DNA of 64,000 nt from Nitrospinota bacterium (GCA_022572725.1 JACZVJ010000001.1:907-64906); one strand, 5' to 3'. Counted from the stretch's first letter, positions 26,954 to 37,896 are shown. A program made the numbers and translations. Notes: generated by a model from the letters alone, not told the origin.

Positions 26954-27457
26954 ACACGCTCTTGGCGATACAGGCTGGGTCGTTGTCTTTTGGTTTTGTT
27001 CCTGATGAAAAACCAGTTCATTCCTCTTCAATTCTCGCTTACCACAAGCTCATAATAGGACTGCCCTGCCTCAACAATTGTTGACACCGTGGACTATCAG
27101 TCGATTGGTACAACTGGGCTCGAGGTCTCCGCTTTAGGGTTGGGATCGTGAGTCACATGGAGGTAGAGATTGAGCCATGTGGAGCCTGAACCTCTCAACA
27201 AATTTTAGCAAATTGTGGGGGGCGCACGGATGGATCACCTCCAAAATCGAATCAAAGGAACTTTGACACGTCGTGGGTGGGGTCATAGTTACGCCGATTG
27301 GCTCTGAGTTTGTGAGTCTGCCGAAAATCTCCCAGAAAGGTCTTTTGCTTACTCGTCCATTGTCGTCTTTGGTTTTTGTGTTGAGTTGCCGAAAAAGCAC
27401 CGTACGGGTCTCTCCCGGTAGGGAAATCCAATGGTCCGAATCCGTGAATAAAGCCTC

Positions 27458-28990
27458 ATGATAACCAAGGGAAGGGTCCATAAAAAATCTATTGGCCTAA
27501 AGAGAGCTGCAAGGCTCCTTGCCAAGGCCAAATCCCCCTCTCCCCCTTCCGTCCGCATCGAACGGGATACGATGGGGGAGGTGGAAGTCCCGGCTTCCGC
27601 TTTTTATGGGGTTCAGACCGCCCGGGCTATTCAGAATTTTCCCATTAGTGATCTTCGGTTTCCACGGTCTTTCATTCGTGCCATTGGGCTTATCAAGTGG
27701 GGGGCCGCTCAAGTCAATGGGTCCTTAGGGCTGTTGGGACAGAAGCAGGCCCATGCCATTCAACGAGCTGCACGCGAGGTTGTGGAGGGTCGCTGGGATG
27801 GTGAGTTCCCCGTCGATATTTTTCAGACGGGGTCTGGAACGTCGACCAATATGAATGCCAACGAGGTTATTGCTAATCGGGCCTCGGAACTCTTGGGAAG
27901 CAAGCGTGGCAGCCAGCTTGTTCACCCCAATGACCATGTCAACTTGGGGCAGTCAAGTAACGATGTCATTCCCACTGCCATCCATGTGGCGGCCATTGAA
28001 ATGTTTGACCGCCAACTCATTCCTGCCTTGTCTCGCCTCCAGAAGGCGCTCCGGGTGAAAACTCGAAGATTTGACAAAATAGTCAAGATTGGCCGCACCC
28101 ATCTTCAGGATGCCACCCCCATTCGCTTGGGTCAGGAATTTGGAGGGTACGCTCGCCAGATTGAATTGGGGCTCCATCGCGCGCGGCGTGCTCAAGATGC
28201 GTTGAGGGAACTGGCGTTGGGCGGAACCGCGGTCGGAACTGGCCTCAATGCCCACCCTCGTTTTGCTTCTCAGGTGATTCGGCTTGTATCTCGCGAGATT
28301 GGGTTCCCGCTAAAAGAAGCCGTTAATCACTTTGAAGCCCAAGCGGCTCAAGATTCTCTCGTTGAAGCCAGTGGACACTTGAGGGTGGTGGCAACGAGTC
28401 TCATGAAGCTTGCCAATGACATTAGGTGGATGGGGTCGGGTCCGAGGTGTGGGCTTGGGGAACTTGTGCTTCCGGAGACCCAGCCGGGCTCCTCGATCAT
28501 GCCGGGCAAGGTGAATCCGGTGATTGCCGAATCCCTGATGATGGTTGTTGCTCAGGTGTTGGGGAATGATGTGGCTGTTTCGGTCGCTGCCCAGTTCGGG
28601 AATTTTGAGTTGCTTGTCATGTTGCCGGTTATGGCCCATAACCTGCTTCAGTCGATTGAGTTGCTGGCACGCGGCTCCCAGAATTTTGCCGTGCGGTGTG
28701 TTGAAGGGCTGGCTGTGAATGAGCAAGTCTGCCGAAACTCTATTGAACTGAGCCTGGCCATGTGCACGTCCCTCGCTCCGGAAATTGGGTATGAGGCGGC
28801 AGCACGAATTGCCAAAGAATCGTATCGGACAGGAATGACCGTTCGCCAAATTGCTCGTCGGCAGGAAATACTCCCGGAAGACCAGCTTAATGAGCTGTTG
28901 GATCCCTGGAAGATGACTGGACCACATAAAAAAAGTCGAGGGGGAAAATACAAGGTGCGGCAACCAGGAAAACAAAGAGAGACTCGCTAA
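27458..28990 (+). CDS. fumC: Class II fumarate hydratase
   Basis: 510 aa with RIERDTMGEVEVP, FQTGSGTSTNMNANEVIANRA and the signature GSSIMPGKVNP. It carries basic N- and C-terminal extensions. Confidence 0.9.
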   Translation: MITKGRVHKKSIGLKRAARLLAKAKSPSPPSVRIERDTMGEVEVPASAFYGVQTARAIQNFPISDLRFPRSFIRAIGLIKWGAAQVNGSLGLLGQKQAHAIQRAAREVVEGRWDGEFPVDIFQTGSGTSTNMNANEVIANRASELLGSKRGSQLVHPNDHVNLGQSSNDVIPTAIHVAAIEMFDRQLIPALSRLQKALRVKTRRFDKIVKIGRTHLQDATPIRLGQEFGGYARQIELGLHRARRAQDALRELALGGTAVGTGLNAHPRFASQVIRLVSREIGFPLKEAVNHFEAQAAQDSLVEASGHLRVVATSLMKLANDIRWMGSGPRCGLGELVLPETQPGSSIMPGKVNPVIAESLMMVVAQVLGNDVAVSVAAQFGNFELLVMLPVMAHNLLQSIELLARGSQNFAVRCVEGLAVNEQVCRNSIELSLAMCTSLAPEIGYEAAARIAKESYRTGMTVRQIARRQEILPEDQLNELLDPWKMTGPHKKSRGGKYKVRQPGKQRETR

Positions 28991-29042
28991 AACGAAACAA
29001 TATTCAAGATGTTCTAGGAAATCCACCTGGGAAAAGAACCTT

Positions 29043-29900
29043 TTAGCCATCTCCCCATTTGAGCTTGGTTCTTAACACATCAAAGTAAGTTCGATCGGGG
29101 AATCGAATGAGGCTGGTTCGGTGGTTTGACGCGGTGACGACAATTGTATCTCCCCAGTTCATGTCAATGCCGACCTCTCCATCAAGTGTGGCGACGGCCC
29201 CTTCCGGGCTTGTAAGTTTGGCCTCAAGACATACATGGCTTGGGACGAGAAGAGGACGATGGGTCAGCGTGTGCGGATTGATAGGGGTCACCATTAAGGA
29301 TTCGAGTGAGGGATCCAGAATGGGGCCCCCCGTTGACAGCGAGTAGGCAGTCGACCCGGTGGGGGTGGCAAAAATGACGCCGTCTCCTCGAAGGTTGGTC
29401 AGGAATTTTTTGTCTACCTGAATATGAATTTTGATCATTCGTCCCAAGGTGCCTTTACTAACAACGGCGTCGTTTAATGCGGTTACTTGGATAACCTGAC
29501 CATCTTGGCGGCAGATGCGGGCCTGAAGTCTCAACCGGTTATCTAAATAATAGTTTTGTTCGAAGACCTTTTCGAGTGATTCATAGAGATTTTCTACGGT
29601 AGTTTCAGTGAGAAACCCGAGTCCACCCATATTGACTCCAAGAATTGGCACGGATCGTTCTTCGACCAGACGGGCGGCGCGTAACATGGTTCCGTCGCCT
29701 CCTAACACCAAGATTAACTCTGATTGGGAGGCGAGGTGTTCATCTTGATGGGTAATGGATTCCCCAATCAGCGTAGCTGTTGAGGGGCCTAAGATGACGT
29801 CTTTTTGACGACCGCGAAGCCAGGTGACCAGCTTCTGAAGGATGGGTTTGATTTCAGGGAACTGAGGCTTTGTCAGGATGCCGATGGTGGTCAAGGGCAA
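29043..29900 (-). CDS. nadK: NAD kinase
   Basis: 285 aa with the GGDGTML motif and TPTGSTAYSLS. Confidence 0.9.
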   Translation of the reverse strand: MPLTTIGILTKPQFPEIKPILQKLVTWLRGRQKDVILGPSTATLIGESITHQDEHLASQSELILVLGGDGTMLRAARLVEERSVPILGVNMGGLGFLTETTVENLYESLEKVFEQNYYLDNRLRLQARICRQDGQVIQVTALNDAVVSKGTLGRMIKIHIQVDKKFLTNLRGDGVIFATPTGSTAYSLSTGGPILDPSLESLMVTPINPHTLTHRPLLVPSHVCLEAKLTSPEGAVATLDGEVGIDMNWGDTIVVTASNHRTSLIRFPDRTYFDVLRTKLKWGDG

Positions 29901-30114
29901 TTCGTCCCATACATACCTGGCATTGGCAGGTAATGTTTCATGAAATGGAATTTGTCTATAGGGAAATTGTTAAGGGAAGAAACCAAGAAATTCTATCGGG
30001 TGGGTCCTTTGCTGTCAATCATAGGAATGAGGGCGGTTACGTAGTTGGTCGGCTCGGAGAGGCTGGGAAGAAGATGGGGTGAGAAAATCGGAAATCCTCA
30101 AGAGTGGTTAGATC

Positions 30115-30144
30115 TTGACAGGTTAAATATAGGGTAGATAGACT
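30115..30144 (+). promoter_or_regulatory. Candidate sigma70-type promoter upstream of clpC (TTGACA-N18-TAGACT)
   Basis: Exact TTGACA at 30115-30120, with a 4/6 -10 match ending 70 nt before the clpC ATG. Confidence 0.3.
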
Positions 30145-30214
30145 GAGCATCAGGTGATTCCTGGTTTCGCTTTGTTTAAGTTGGCCAAACCCTGGATGAT
30201 GTGAGGAGGAAGTT

Positions 30215-32644
30215 ATGTTTGAACGGTTCACCGACAGGGGCCGAAAAATCATAATTTTGGCTCGGGAAGAAGCTGAGCGGCACCAGAATGACTACCTGGG
30301 CACCGAACATTTGGCTCTCGCGATACTCCGTGAATCAGATGGGATTGCCCTTATGATCATAAAAAAGATGGGGCTTTCCCCGGAACAGATACGGTTGGAA
30401 ATTGAAAGGAATTTGCCCAGTGGCGGGACCACAGTGACCTTTGGGGAGATTCCCTTTAGTCCAAGAGTCAAAAAGGTCATTGAATATGGCGTGGAAGAAG
30501 CTCGACTTCTGGGCCATAACCATATCGGGAGTGAGCATCTTCTTTTAGGGCTTTTGCGTGAAGAAGAAGGGATTGGAGGAAAAGTTTTGCGGAGCCTTGG
30601 GGGAAATCTCCTCACCGCTCGTCAGTTGACAGTCACATTTTTGCGCAAGTCCGGGACACGGGAGCGAGATAAGAAAAGCAGTACGCCGGCCTTGGATGAA
30701 TTTGGGAGGGATCTTACCCAACTCGCCCAGGAATCGTTATTGGACCCAGTGATTGGGCGGGCGGATGAGATTGAGAGGGTGTTGCAAATACTGAGTCGTC
30801 GGACCAAGAACAACCCGGCGTTAATTGGAGAATCCGGTGTCGGGAAGACCGCCATCGTGGAAGGGCTTGCCCAACGGATTGTCTCCATGGATGTGCCGGA
30901 TAACCTGCTTAACCGGAGGGTTATTAGCCTCGACCTTGGGTCTCTTGTCGCTGGGACAAAATACCGTGGCCAGTTCGAGGAACGCCTCAAGATTGTGATG
31001 AAAGAGATTGCTCAGGCCGGCAATATCATCATGTTCATCGATGAGTTGCATACGCTGGTAGGGGCTGGTGCCGCAGAGGGCTCGATTGATGCAGCGAATA
31101 TGCTGAAGCCGGCTTTGTCCCGTGGGGAAATCCAGTGCATTGGAGCGACGACGTTAGATGAGTACCGCAAACATATTGAGAAGGATGGAGCGCTGAAACG
31201 ACGATTCCAACCCATCTATGTTAATCCTCCCTCAATGGAAGAGACCATCAAAATTCTTCAGGGGCTTCGTGACCGGTATGAAGAGCATCATGGAGTGGAA
31301 ATTACCGACGAAGCTGTCATTGAGGCCGTGAAACTCTCGGATCGCTATATTACCGACCGATTCCATCCCGACAAAGCTATTGACCTGATTGATGAAACCG
31401 GCTCGCGGGCCAAGCTCCAGTCCTATGCCCTGCCACCTGAGTTGAAATCCCTTGAACAGGAACTCAAACGGGTGGCCAGAGAGAAAGAGGTGGCGATTGG
31501 TCTCCAGAGTTTTGAAGAGGCTGTAAAGCATCGGGAGGATGAGGAACGGTTGCGCAAGCTCTTGGAAGAGGCCAAGCAGGACTGGAAGAAGAAAAAGGAG
31601 CAGCATAAGCCAGTCATTAGGGCGGAGCAAATAAGCTATGTGGTATCTAAAATGACTGGGATTCCCCTGTTTAAGTTAGAGGAAGAAGAATCGGAAAAAC
31701 TTCTTCATATGGAGGAGTTTCTCCATAAGCGCATCGTGGGGCAGGAGGAGGCTATTTCGGCAGTTTGTCGAGCGATTAGACGGTCACGGGCCGGTCTCAA
31801 GGAGGCTCGGAAACCCATTGGGTCATTTATATTCTTGGGCCCGACGGGGGTGGGAAAAACTGAACTGGCTCGTGCTCTGGCTGAATTTCTCTTCAACACC
31901 GAGGATTCCCTTATTCGTATTGATATGTCTGAATATCAGGAAAAATTCACCAGCTCTCGACTTTTCGGTGCCCCTCCAGGGTATGTAGGGTACGAGGAGG
32001 GGGGGCAATTAACGGAAAAGGTGCGGCGGCGACCCTATTCCGTTGTGTTGTTTGATGAAATCGAAAAAGCCCACCCGGACATCTTCAATGTTCTGCTTCA
32101 GGTCTTGGATGACGGAGTTCTTACGGACAGCCTGGGCCGAAAAGTTGATTTCAAAAACACGATTTTGGTTATGACCTCGAACGTGGGAACCAAGCTCATT
32201 CAGAAGGGTGTTTCGCTCGGATTCCAAAAAGAGGAGGTCACTGAAATCCAAAAGCGGATGCGGGATGAGGTTTTAGCTGAGCTAAAGCGCAGCTTCAGTC
32301 CGGAGTTTCTTAATCGGGTTGACGAGTTTGTGGTATTCCATCCACTCGATAAGGAGCATCTCCTCAAGATTATTGACATTCTCATTCGTGAGCTCAATAC
32401 CCGACTGGTCGACCGTGGATTTCAACTGGAGGTTGGCGATGAGGTGAAGCAATGGCTCATCAAGGAAGGATACCAACCCCAATATGGAGCCCGTCCACTA
32501 AGGCGAACGCTTCAGAAATGCCTTGGGGATCCTCTCTCTGAAGAACTCATCAAGGGTCGGTTTAAAGACTCAAAAATAATCAAAGTCCTCCTTCGAGAGG
32601 ATGCGCCCATTTTTGTTGAGGAAGAGGCCATGGCGGAGGTGTAA
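30215..32644 (+). CDS. clpC: ATP-dependent Clp protease ATP-binding subunit ClpC
   Basis: 809 aa with N-terminal Clp repeats ([13 protein letters not shown]...[10 protein letters not shown]) and two AAA+ modules with Walker A motifs GESGVGKT and GPTGVGKT. Confidence 0.9.
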   Translation: MFERFTDRGRKIIILAREEAERHQNDYLGTEHLALAILRESDGIALMIIKKMGLSPEQIRLEIERNLPSGGTTVTFGEIPFSPRVKKVIEYGVEEARLLGHNHIGSEHLLLGLLREEEGIGGKVLRSLGGNLLTARQLTVTFLRKSGTRERDKKSSTPALDEFGRDLTQLAQESLLDPVIGRADEIERVLQILSRRTKNNPALIGESGVGKTAIVEGLAQRIVSMDVPDNLLNRRVISLDLGSLVAGTKYRGQFEERLKIVMKEIAQAGNIIMFIDELHTLVGAGAAEGSIDAANMLKPALSRGEIQCIGATTLDEYRKHIEKDGALKRRFQPIYVNPPSMEETIKILQGLRDRYEEHHGVEITDEAVIEAVKLSDRYITDRFHPDKAIDLIDETGSRAKLQSYALPPELKSLEQELKRVAREKEVAIGLQSFEEAVKHREDEERLRKLLEEAKQDWKKKKEQHKPVIRAEQISYVVSKMTGIPLFKLEEEESEKLLHMEEFLHKRIVGQEEAISAVCRAIRRSRAGLKEARKPIGSFIFLGPTGVGKTELARALAEFLFNTEDSLIRIDMSEYQEKFTSSRLFGAPPGYVGYEEGGQLTEKVRRRPYSVVLFDEIEKAHPDIFNVLLQVLDDGVLTDSLGRKVDFKNTILVMTSNVGTKLIQKGVSLGFQKEEVTEIQKRMRDEVLAELKRSFSPEFLNRVDEFVVFHPLDKEHLLKIIDILIRELNTRLVDRGFQLEVGDEVKQWLIKEGYQPQYGARPLRRTLQKCLGDPLSEELIKGRFKDSKIIKVLLREDAPIFVEEEAMAEV

Positions 32645-32712
32645 CCTCAACCCTGAGGTTGGAGCGTTTTTGAATTTAGGAAAATTGTCCCTCATACAGT
32701 AACGGAAAACTT

Positions 32713-32757
32713 GACGACCCTCTCAGTCGAAAAGGCTGTGAGGGTTGTTGTCGTTTT
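32713..32757 (+). terminator. Probable intrinsic terminator after clpC
   Basis: Extended hairpin ACGACCCTC...GAGGGTTGT with an inner CAGTC/GGCTG stem, followed by TTTT. Confidence 0.5.
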
Positions 32758-32782
32758 GAGACCTTATTTTTGCGCTGGGTGA

Positions 32783-33865
32783 ATGGCCCTTAACGTCAAT
32801 ACTCCCCGTTCAGAACCAACACCCTTGGTTTCAGCAAACATTTTAGGAATTGAAACCTCCTGCGACGAAACGGCTGCAGCCGTCCTCACTCATGAGGGAA
32901 AGCTGTTGTCCAGTGTGGTAGCCTCCCAACATGAGGTCCACAGTCCATTTGGAGGCGTGGTCCCAGAGCTTGCCTCCAGGCGTCATTTGGAAAACATTGA
33001 AGGGATTGTCTGTGAGGCCATGAAACGTGCACACATGGGTTGGCATGACCTCGGGGCGGTAGCCGTGACCCGAGGCCCGGGTTTAGCCGGAGCCCTCGTG
33101 GTTGGGGTGAGTTTCGGAAAAGCGCTAGCTTTTGCCCTCAACATTCCCTGGGTCGCCGTTCATCATCTTGCGGGTCACTTGGCCTCCATTTGGTTGGACC
33201 AGCCGGATTTCCCCCCTCCCTTTGTTGTGTTGGTAGTCTCAGGAGGTCATACCCATTTGTATTTCGTTCCTCATGAAGAGGATTATCAGCTGATTGGGCG
33301 TACGCTCGATGATGCGGCGGGAGAGGCATTCGATAAGGGAGCCAAAATGCTAGGTCTCAGTTACCCGGGAGGACCGGCCCTTGAGAGATTGGCAAGAGCA
33401 GGGAATCCAGATGCCATTCACTTTCCTCGGCCCCATTTGAATCGTGGGGGGTTGAACTTCAGCTTTAGTGGATTAAAAACCGCACTCCTCTATTACCTTC
33501 GGGACTTGGAGCGGAAGGGACAATCGTGTCCCAAGCCAGATCTGGCTGCAAGCTATCAGGAAGCGATTGTCGAGGTGTTGGTTGAAAAATCGTTTCGAGC
33601 GGTTCGCCAATATAAAGTCCAGGGATTAGCCGTTGTGGGTGGGGTATCGGCGAATTCTCGTTTGCGAGCCTGTTTGTCTACCCGTGCTAGGGATTTAGGG
33701 GTGGGATTGGCCTTGCCGCGAATGGAATTTTGCACGGATAATGCGGCGATGATTGCGGTAGCAGGGTGGCGAGCTTACCGTCTTGGTCAGTATGGTTCTT
33801 GGGATATGGATGTGGCTCCGAACCTGCCCGCCTCCCAATTGGGGGCGTTGGCTTCGGTTGGGTAA
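32783..33865 (+). CDS. tsaD: tRNA N6-adenosine threonylcarbamoyltransferase
   Basis: 360 aa with GIETSCDETAAAV, VHHLAGHL and the Kae1/Gcp fold pattern. Confidence 0.95.
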   Translation: MALNVNTPRSEPTPLVSANILGIETSCDETAAAVLTHEGKLLSSVVASQHEVHSPFGGVVPELASRRHLENIEGIVCEAMKRAHMGWHDLGAVAVTRGPGLAGALVVGVSFGKALAFALNIPWVAVHHLAGHLASIWLDQPDFPPPFVVLVVSGGHTHLYFVPHEEDYQLIGRTLDDAAGEAFDKGAKMLGLSYPGGPALERLARAGNPDAIHFPRPHLNRGGLNFSFSGLKTALLYYLRDLERKGQSCPKPDLAASYQEAIVEVLVEKSFRAVRQYKVQGLAVVGGVSANSRLRACLSTRARDLGVGLALPRMEFCTDNAAMIAVAGWRAYRLGQYGSWDMDVAPNLPASQLGALASVG

Positions 33866-35601
33866 AGTGGGGCCTCGACAAGGGAGGTAGTTGTATTCCG
33901 GCGCCCATTGGAAACCTGAGTGGTCTCAAGGCCAATCAATTGGCCCGATTGGAACGATTGTTCCGTCGACGGGTTCCCGTCGAAAGGGTCATTACCCCGG
34001 AATTGGCCAGGATCTGTACGGAACTGTCACATGAAATTCGGCGACAAATTGGTCTCCTCATTAACCGCCGTGGGACTGTGGAGGCGGTCATCGTTGGAAC
34101 CGATCGCCAACTGGTTTTGCCCACCCTTTCACGCAGTCGGTCAGGGCCGCGACTGTTGCGCGGAGTAAGGTTGGTCCATACCCACCTGAATAACCAGCCT
34201 CTCACGAAGGATGACCTCACAGACTTGGCCCTCCTCCGATTAGATTTAATGGTGGCGATTGGTGTTGGTGTCGATGGAGGGCCGGCCGATGTCTTCGTGG
34301 CCCATTTGCTTCCCCAGAATCCACAGGGTAAGGCCTATGAAGAATTAAAGCCTTGTGGCTTTCATGCTTTTCAAATGGATTGCGGACAATTTGTGCAGTC
34401 ACTGGAAAGCGAAATCTCCAAAGTGACCCCCACCCTTCGCGTGACAGAAGACCGTCCGACCGCCATCTTGGTCAGTGTGTCAACGGGGAACCGGGCTGTT
34501 CAGGAAGAGAGGTTAGAAGAATTGAGAGACCTCGCCTGTTCACTTGGCATTCATGTGTTGGGGTCTACGGTTCAACGTCCCCATGAGATCAATCCCAGAT
34601 ATATGTTGGGGTCTGGGAGGATCAGAGAGGTCATTATTCATGCTCTACAGTGTGGGGCGGAGATGCTCATGTTTGACCAGGATCTAACGCCAACCCAAAT
34701 TCGTACCATCTCTGAACTGACGGAGATGAAAGTCCTGGACCGAACTCAGTTGATTTTGGATATTTTTTCTCGTCGGACGCATACTCGAGGGGGAAAAATC
34801 CAAGTTGAACTGGCCCAACTCCAATACCTCTTGCCTCGGCTTTCCCAATCAAGCACGGCCTTCTCCCGATTAGGCGGGGGAATTGGCGGAAGGGGTCCGG
34901 GGGAAACCAAATTGGAGACGGATTTACGGCGGGTTCGTGATCGGGTTGCTCATCTTGAACGAGAGCTCCACATGCTCGCCAGGCATCGTGATCAGCAGCG
35001 CCTCATGAGAGTTCGCCGTGGTGTTCCAGTGGTTTCCATTGTGGGGTACACCAACGCGGGAAAGTCCACCTTGTTGAATGTGTTGACAGGGAGCACCGTA
35101 TCCGTCAGGAATCGGCCCTTTGAAACCCTCGATACGGTCAATCGGCGATTCCGTCTTCCGAATGGCCGTGAAGTGATTCTGACCGATACGGTTGGGTTTT
35201 TGCGTGACCTCCCCGAAGGCTTGGTCCGGGCTTTCCGTACCACACTTGAGGAGCTTCACGAGGCAGACCTTCTGGTCCATGTCGTGGATGCCAGCGCTCC
35301 AGATTCCGATGGGCAGATCAAGGCTGTTGAAACCATTCTTTCTGGGTTGGAAGTGGACGGCATCCCTCAAATTCTCGTGTTCAATAAATGCGACCGGGTG
35401 TCCAGAGAAGAAGCTCATACCCTCTGCCGTCGTCGTCACGGCATTGGCATTTCAGCGATCCAACCGGAAACGCTGGGCCCTCTCCGGTTGGCCTTGGAGG
35501 AAGCGCTGGCTCGGGTGAAGCCAGATGAGCAATGGCCTTGCTCTGCTGTGGCCGGAAGAGACACCAAGGTGTCACCGGTGCCGGAAGTGATCGCGTCCTA
35601 A
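33766..35601 (+). CDS. hflX: GTPase HflX with long N-terminal extension
   Basis: The canonical HflX N-domain begins near residue 229 (RPTAILVSV...GGKIQVELAQLQYLLPRL). The G domain has GYTNAGKSTL and DTVGF. The longest ORF start overlaps tsaD by 100 nt, and the true start may be an in-frame TTG downstream. Confidence 0.85.
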   Translation: MASLPSWSVWFLGYGCGSEPARLPIGGVGFGWVKWGLDKGGSCIPAPIGNLSGLKANQLARLERLFRRRVPVERVITPELARICTELSHEIRRQIGLLINRRGTVEAVIVGTDRQLVLPTLSRSRSGPRLLRGVRLVHTHLNNQPLTKDDLTDLALLRLDLMVAIGVGVDGGPADVFVAHLLPQNPQGKAYEELKPCGFHAFQMDCGQFVQSLESEISKVTPTLRVTEDRPTAILVSVSTGNRAVQEERLEELRDLACSLGIHVLGSTVQRPHEINPRYMLGSGRIREVIIHALQCGAEMLMFDQDLTPTQIRTISELTEMKVLDRTQLILDIFSRRTHTRGGKIQVELAQLQYLLPRLSQSSTAFSRLGGGIGGRGPGETKLETDLRRVRDRVAHLERELHMLARHRDQQRLMRVRRGVPVVSIVGYTNAGKSTLLNVLTGSTVSVRNRPFETLDTVNRRFRLPNGREVILTDTVGFLRDLPEGLVRAFRTTLEELHEADLLVHVVDASAPDSDGQIKAVETILSGLEVDGIPQILVFNKCDRVSREEAHTLCRRRHGIGISAIQPETLGPLRLALEEALARVKPDEQWPCSAVAGRDTKVSPVPEVIAS

Positions 35602-35653
35602 CACGGTTGCCTCCTCTAGGGGTTGGCTGTTCAAATAATGCCCTGGCGGACTC

Positions 35654-36304
35654 GTGGAGCCGAGACTCAGAGATCGGGCACGTCGAATTTTATCTCAACT
35701 AAAAAAAGATCAGCCCACCGCTTCGGTCGAGCTGACCCACTCCACCCCGTTTGAACTTCTGGTTGCCACCATTTTATCGGCCCAATGTACGGATAAGAGG
35801 GTGAACAGCGTTACTCCGAGGTTAATGGCTCGGTTTCCCCAGGCCCTGGATTTTGCTCGGGCGGACCCGGGGGAGTTGGAATCCATGATTCGCCCAACGG
35901 GGTTTTATCGGAGAAAGGCTCAAAGTCTCATCAAGAGTGGACGTCTGTTGGTTGATCGGTTTCAGGGCCAAGTGCCCCAGACGATGGAAGCCCTAACCGC
36001 CTTGCCCGGAATTGGGCGAAAAACGGCCAACGTGATTTTGGGCACATCCTTTGGGAAACCCGCCGTGGTGGTGGACACCCATGTGAAGCGAGTGAGCAAC
36101 CGGCTGAAATTCACCACGAATTCGGAGCCCACAAAGATTGAGTATGACCTGCAAGGGGTTTTCCCTCGAAGTGAATGGATTAGGGGATCCCACCGGCTCC
36201 TCCTGCACGGGCGTTATGTGTGTCTGGCCCGAAAGCCGAAATGTGAGCGATGTGTCATCTATGATGACTGTCCCTGGGAAGGGAAACGGCCTGCAAAATG
36301 CTGA
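35654..36304 (+). CDS. nth: Endonuclease III
   Basis: 216 aa with the HhH motif LPGIGRKTANVILG and the Fe-S cluster loop CLARKPKCERCVIYDDC. Confidence 0.9.
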   Translation: MEPRLRDRARRILSQLKKDQPTASVELTHSTPFELLVATILSAQCTDKRVNSVTPRLMARFPQALDFARADPGELESMIRPTGFYRRKAQSLIKSGRLLVDRFQGQVPQTMEALTALPGIGRKTANVILGTSFGKPAVVVDTHVKRVSNRLKFTTNSEPTKIEYDLQGVFPRSEWIRGSHRLLLHGRYVCLARKPKCERCVIYDDCPWEGKRPAKC

Positions 36305-37176
36305 AAAGCATGACCGGCTTTGGAAAGCGGCAAGCCGTATGGGGGGGATCCACCATCGTCGCCGAAGTGCGATCGGTGAATCATCGCTATCGAGAGGTGG
36401 TGACCCGGTTGCCCAAGGGGCTGATGGGGCTTGAAGAAGAGCTCAAGGGTCTCGTCTATCAGCGGTGTCACCGTGGGAGGATCGATCTGAGTGTGGTCAT
36501 GACGGGAGATCGTGAGACCCCGAAATTATTGAAGGTGGACCTCCCTGTTGCCAAACATTACTACCGAGTGCTTCGAGAGCTTCGCCAGGATCTGAAACTC
36601 AATGGGTCTATTGATGTCGCCTTCCTGGCAAGTTTTCGAGAGATTTTTAGTGTGGGGGAGAGCCCCATTGGGGAGGGCCAGGCGGGCAAGGTCATCAAGC
36701 GTTTGGTGGCCGGTGCGGTGAGGGATATGGAAAAGATGCGGCACCGAGAGGGCAGGACCTTGCTGAGGGATATCAGATATCGATTGGGAGAAGTTCAAAG
36801 AGTTCATGGGTTGATTCAACGTCGACTTCCACAAGTGGTTCGTGGGTATTTTCAGCGAATGAAGGCGAGGGTTGAGCAACTGGTGGGAAAGGAACCGTTT
36901 GATGAAAGCCGGCTTAATCAAGAGCTAGCCATGTTTGCCGATCGCTGTGATATCACCGAGGAATTGACGAGGTTAGAGAGTCATGTGAGCCAGTTTGAGA
37001 TGATGGCTAAGGGCTCCGAGCCGGTTGGGCGGAAGCTCGATTTCCTGTTGCAAGAAATGGGGAGAGAAGTGAATACCATAGGCTCCAAAGCCAATGATGC
37101 CGAAATTTCCAACTATGTCGTGGAGGTGAAAAGCGAGCTGGAGAGGATCCGTGAACAGGTGCAGAATGTTGAATGA
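36298..37176 (+). CDS. yicC: YicC-family stress-induced protein
   Basis: 292 aa with N-terminal MLKSMTGFG and the C-terminal EIGREVNTIGSKAND-type motif (QEMGREVNTIGSKANDAEI). It overlaps the nth stop by 7 nt. Confidence 0.85.
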   Translation: MLKSMTGFGKRQAVWGGSTIVAEVRSVNHRYREVVTRLPKGLMGLEEELKGLVYQRCHRGRIDLSVVMTGDRETPKLLKVDLPVAKHYYRVLRELRQDLKLNGSIDVAFLASFREIFSVGESPIGEGQAGKVIKRLVAGAVRDMEKMRHREGRTLLRDIRYRLGEVQRVHGLIQRRLPQVVRGYFQRMKARVEQLVGKEPFDESRLNQELAMFADRCDITEELTRLESHVSQFEMMAKGSEPVGRKLDFLLQEMGREVNTIGSKANDAEISNYVVEVKSELERIREQVQNVE

Positions 37177-37215
37177 ACGGTTTTGCTCCGGAAGGAGGCC
37201 GAGGGCCGGGAGGGC

Positions 37216-37896
37216 ATGACGCGAAAAGGCATCTTAGTGGTCGTGTCGGGGCCATCAGGTGTGGGAAAGAGCACGCTTTGCAAAACCATGACCTCAATGG
37301 TTGCAGAGACGACGCTCTCCCTTTCGTATACGACTCGAAGGCCGCGGCCCGGGGAGCGTGATGGAATAGATTATTGCTTTGTTCAAGAGGACCGGTTTCG
37401 CGAGATGATCCAAAACCGAGAATTTGCTGAATGGGCTGAAATTTATGGGCAACTGTACGGGACCCCGCACAGCTCCTTGCGGCAATCGATGGACAGCGGA
37501 GTCGATGTCTTATTGGATATCGATGCGCAGGGGGCTAGGGAAATTATGAAACGGTTTTCAGAGGCGGTGTATGTTTTTGTTGTTCCTCCGTCACTGGAGA
37601 CCTTACGAACCCGCCTTGTCCATCGAGCAGGAGACTCACCAGGCGAAATTCAGCGCCGGCTTCAGAAGGCCAGCGAGGAGATCCAGAATTATAAGTCCTA
37701 TCATTATCTCATTCGAAACGATGATCTTGCACGGGCCACCAAGGAGCTTGAGTCGATCATTATTGCGGAACGGGTCAAAACGGACCGCATTGGTGTGGGG
37801 TGGCTGGTGGAAAAAAAGTTGCTTGGAGAAGGTGAAAGGAACACAGACTCACACGAAATGCTTGTCACCAAACAGGGGGGTCAGGAACATGATTGA
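37216..37896 (+). CDS. gmk: Guanylate kinase
   Basis: P-loop VVSGPSGVGKSTL and YTTRRPRPGERDGIDYCF. ATG 37216 was chosen; the longest ORF starts at TTG 37183. Confidence 0.9.
   Translation: MTRKGILVVVSGPSGVGKSTLCKTMTSMVAETTLSLSYTTRRPRPGERDGIDYCFVQEDRFREMIQNREFAEWAEIYGQLYGTPHSSLRQSMDSGVDVLLDIDAQGAREIMKRFSEAVYVFVVPPSLETLRTRLVHRAGDSPGEIQRRLQKASEEIQNYKSYHYLIRNDDLARATKELESIIIAERVKTDRIGVGWLVEKKLLGEGERNTDSHEMLVTKQGGQEHD

Noticed and set aside
30121-30141. CtsR-operator-like sequence GGTTAAATATAGGGTAGATAG upstream of clpC
   Set aside because: Only the first heptad resembles GGTCAAA and the second is poor. No ctsR gene is in the window, and the lineage is not one where I know CtsR to occur.
37571-37888. 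Longest-ORF N-terminal extensions (rpoZ from 37571, scpB from 15441, ArsC-like from 26545)
   Set aside because: The extensions lie inside the preceding gene or are non-protein-like. Internal starts coincide with the conserved N-termini and with start/stop overlaps or SD sequences.
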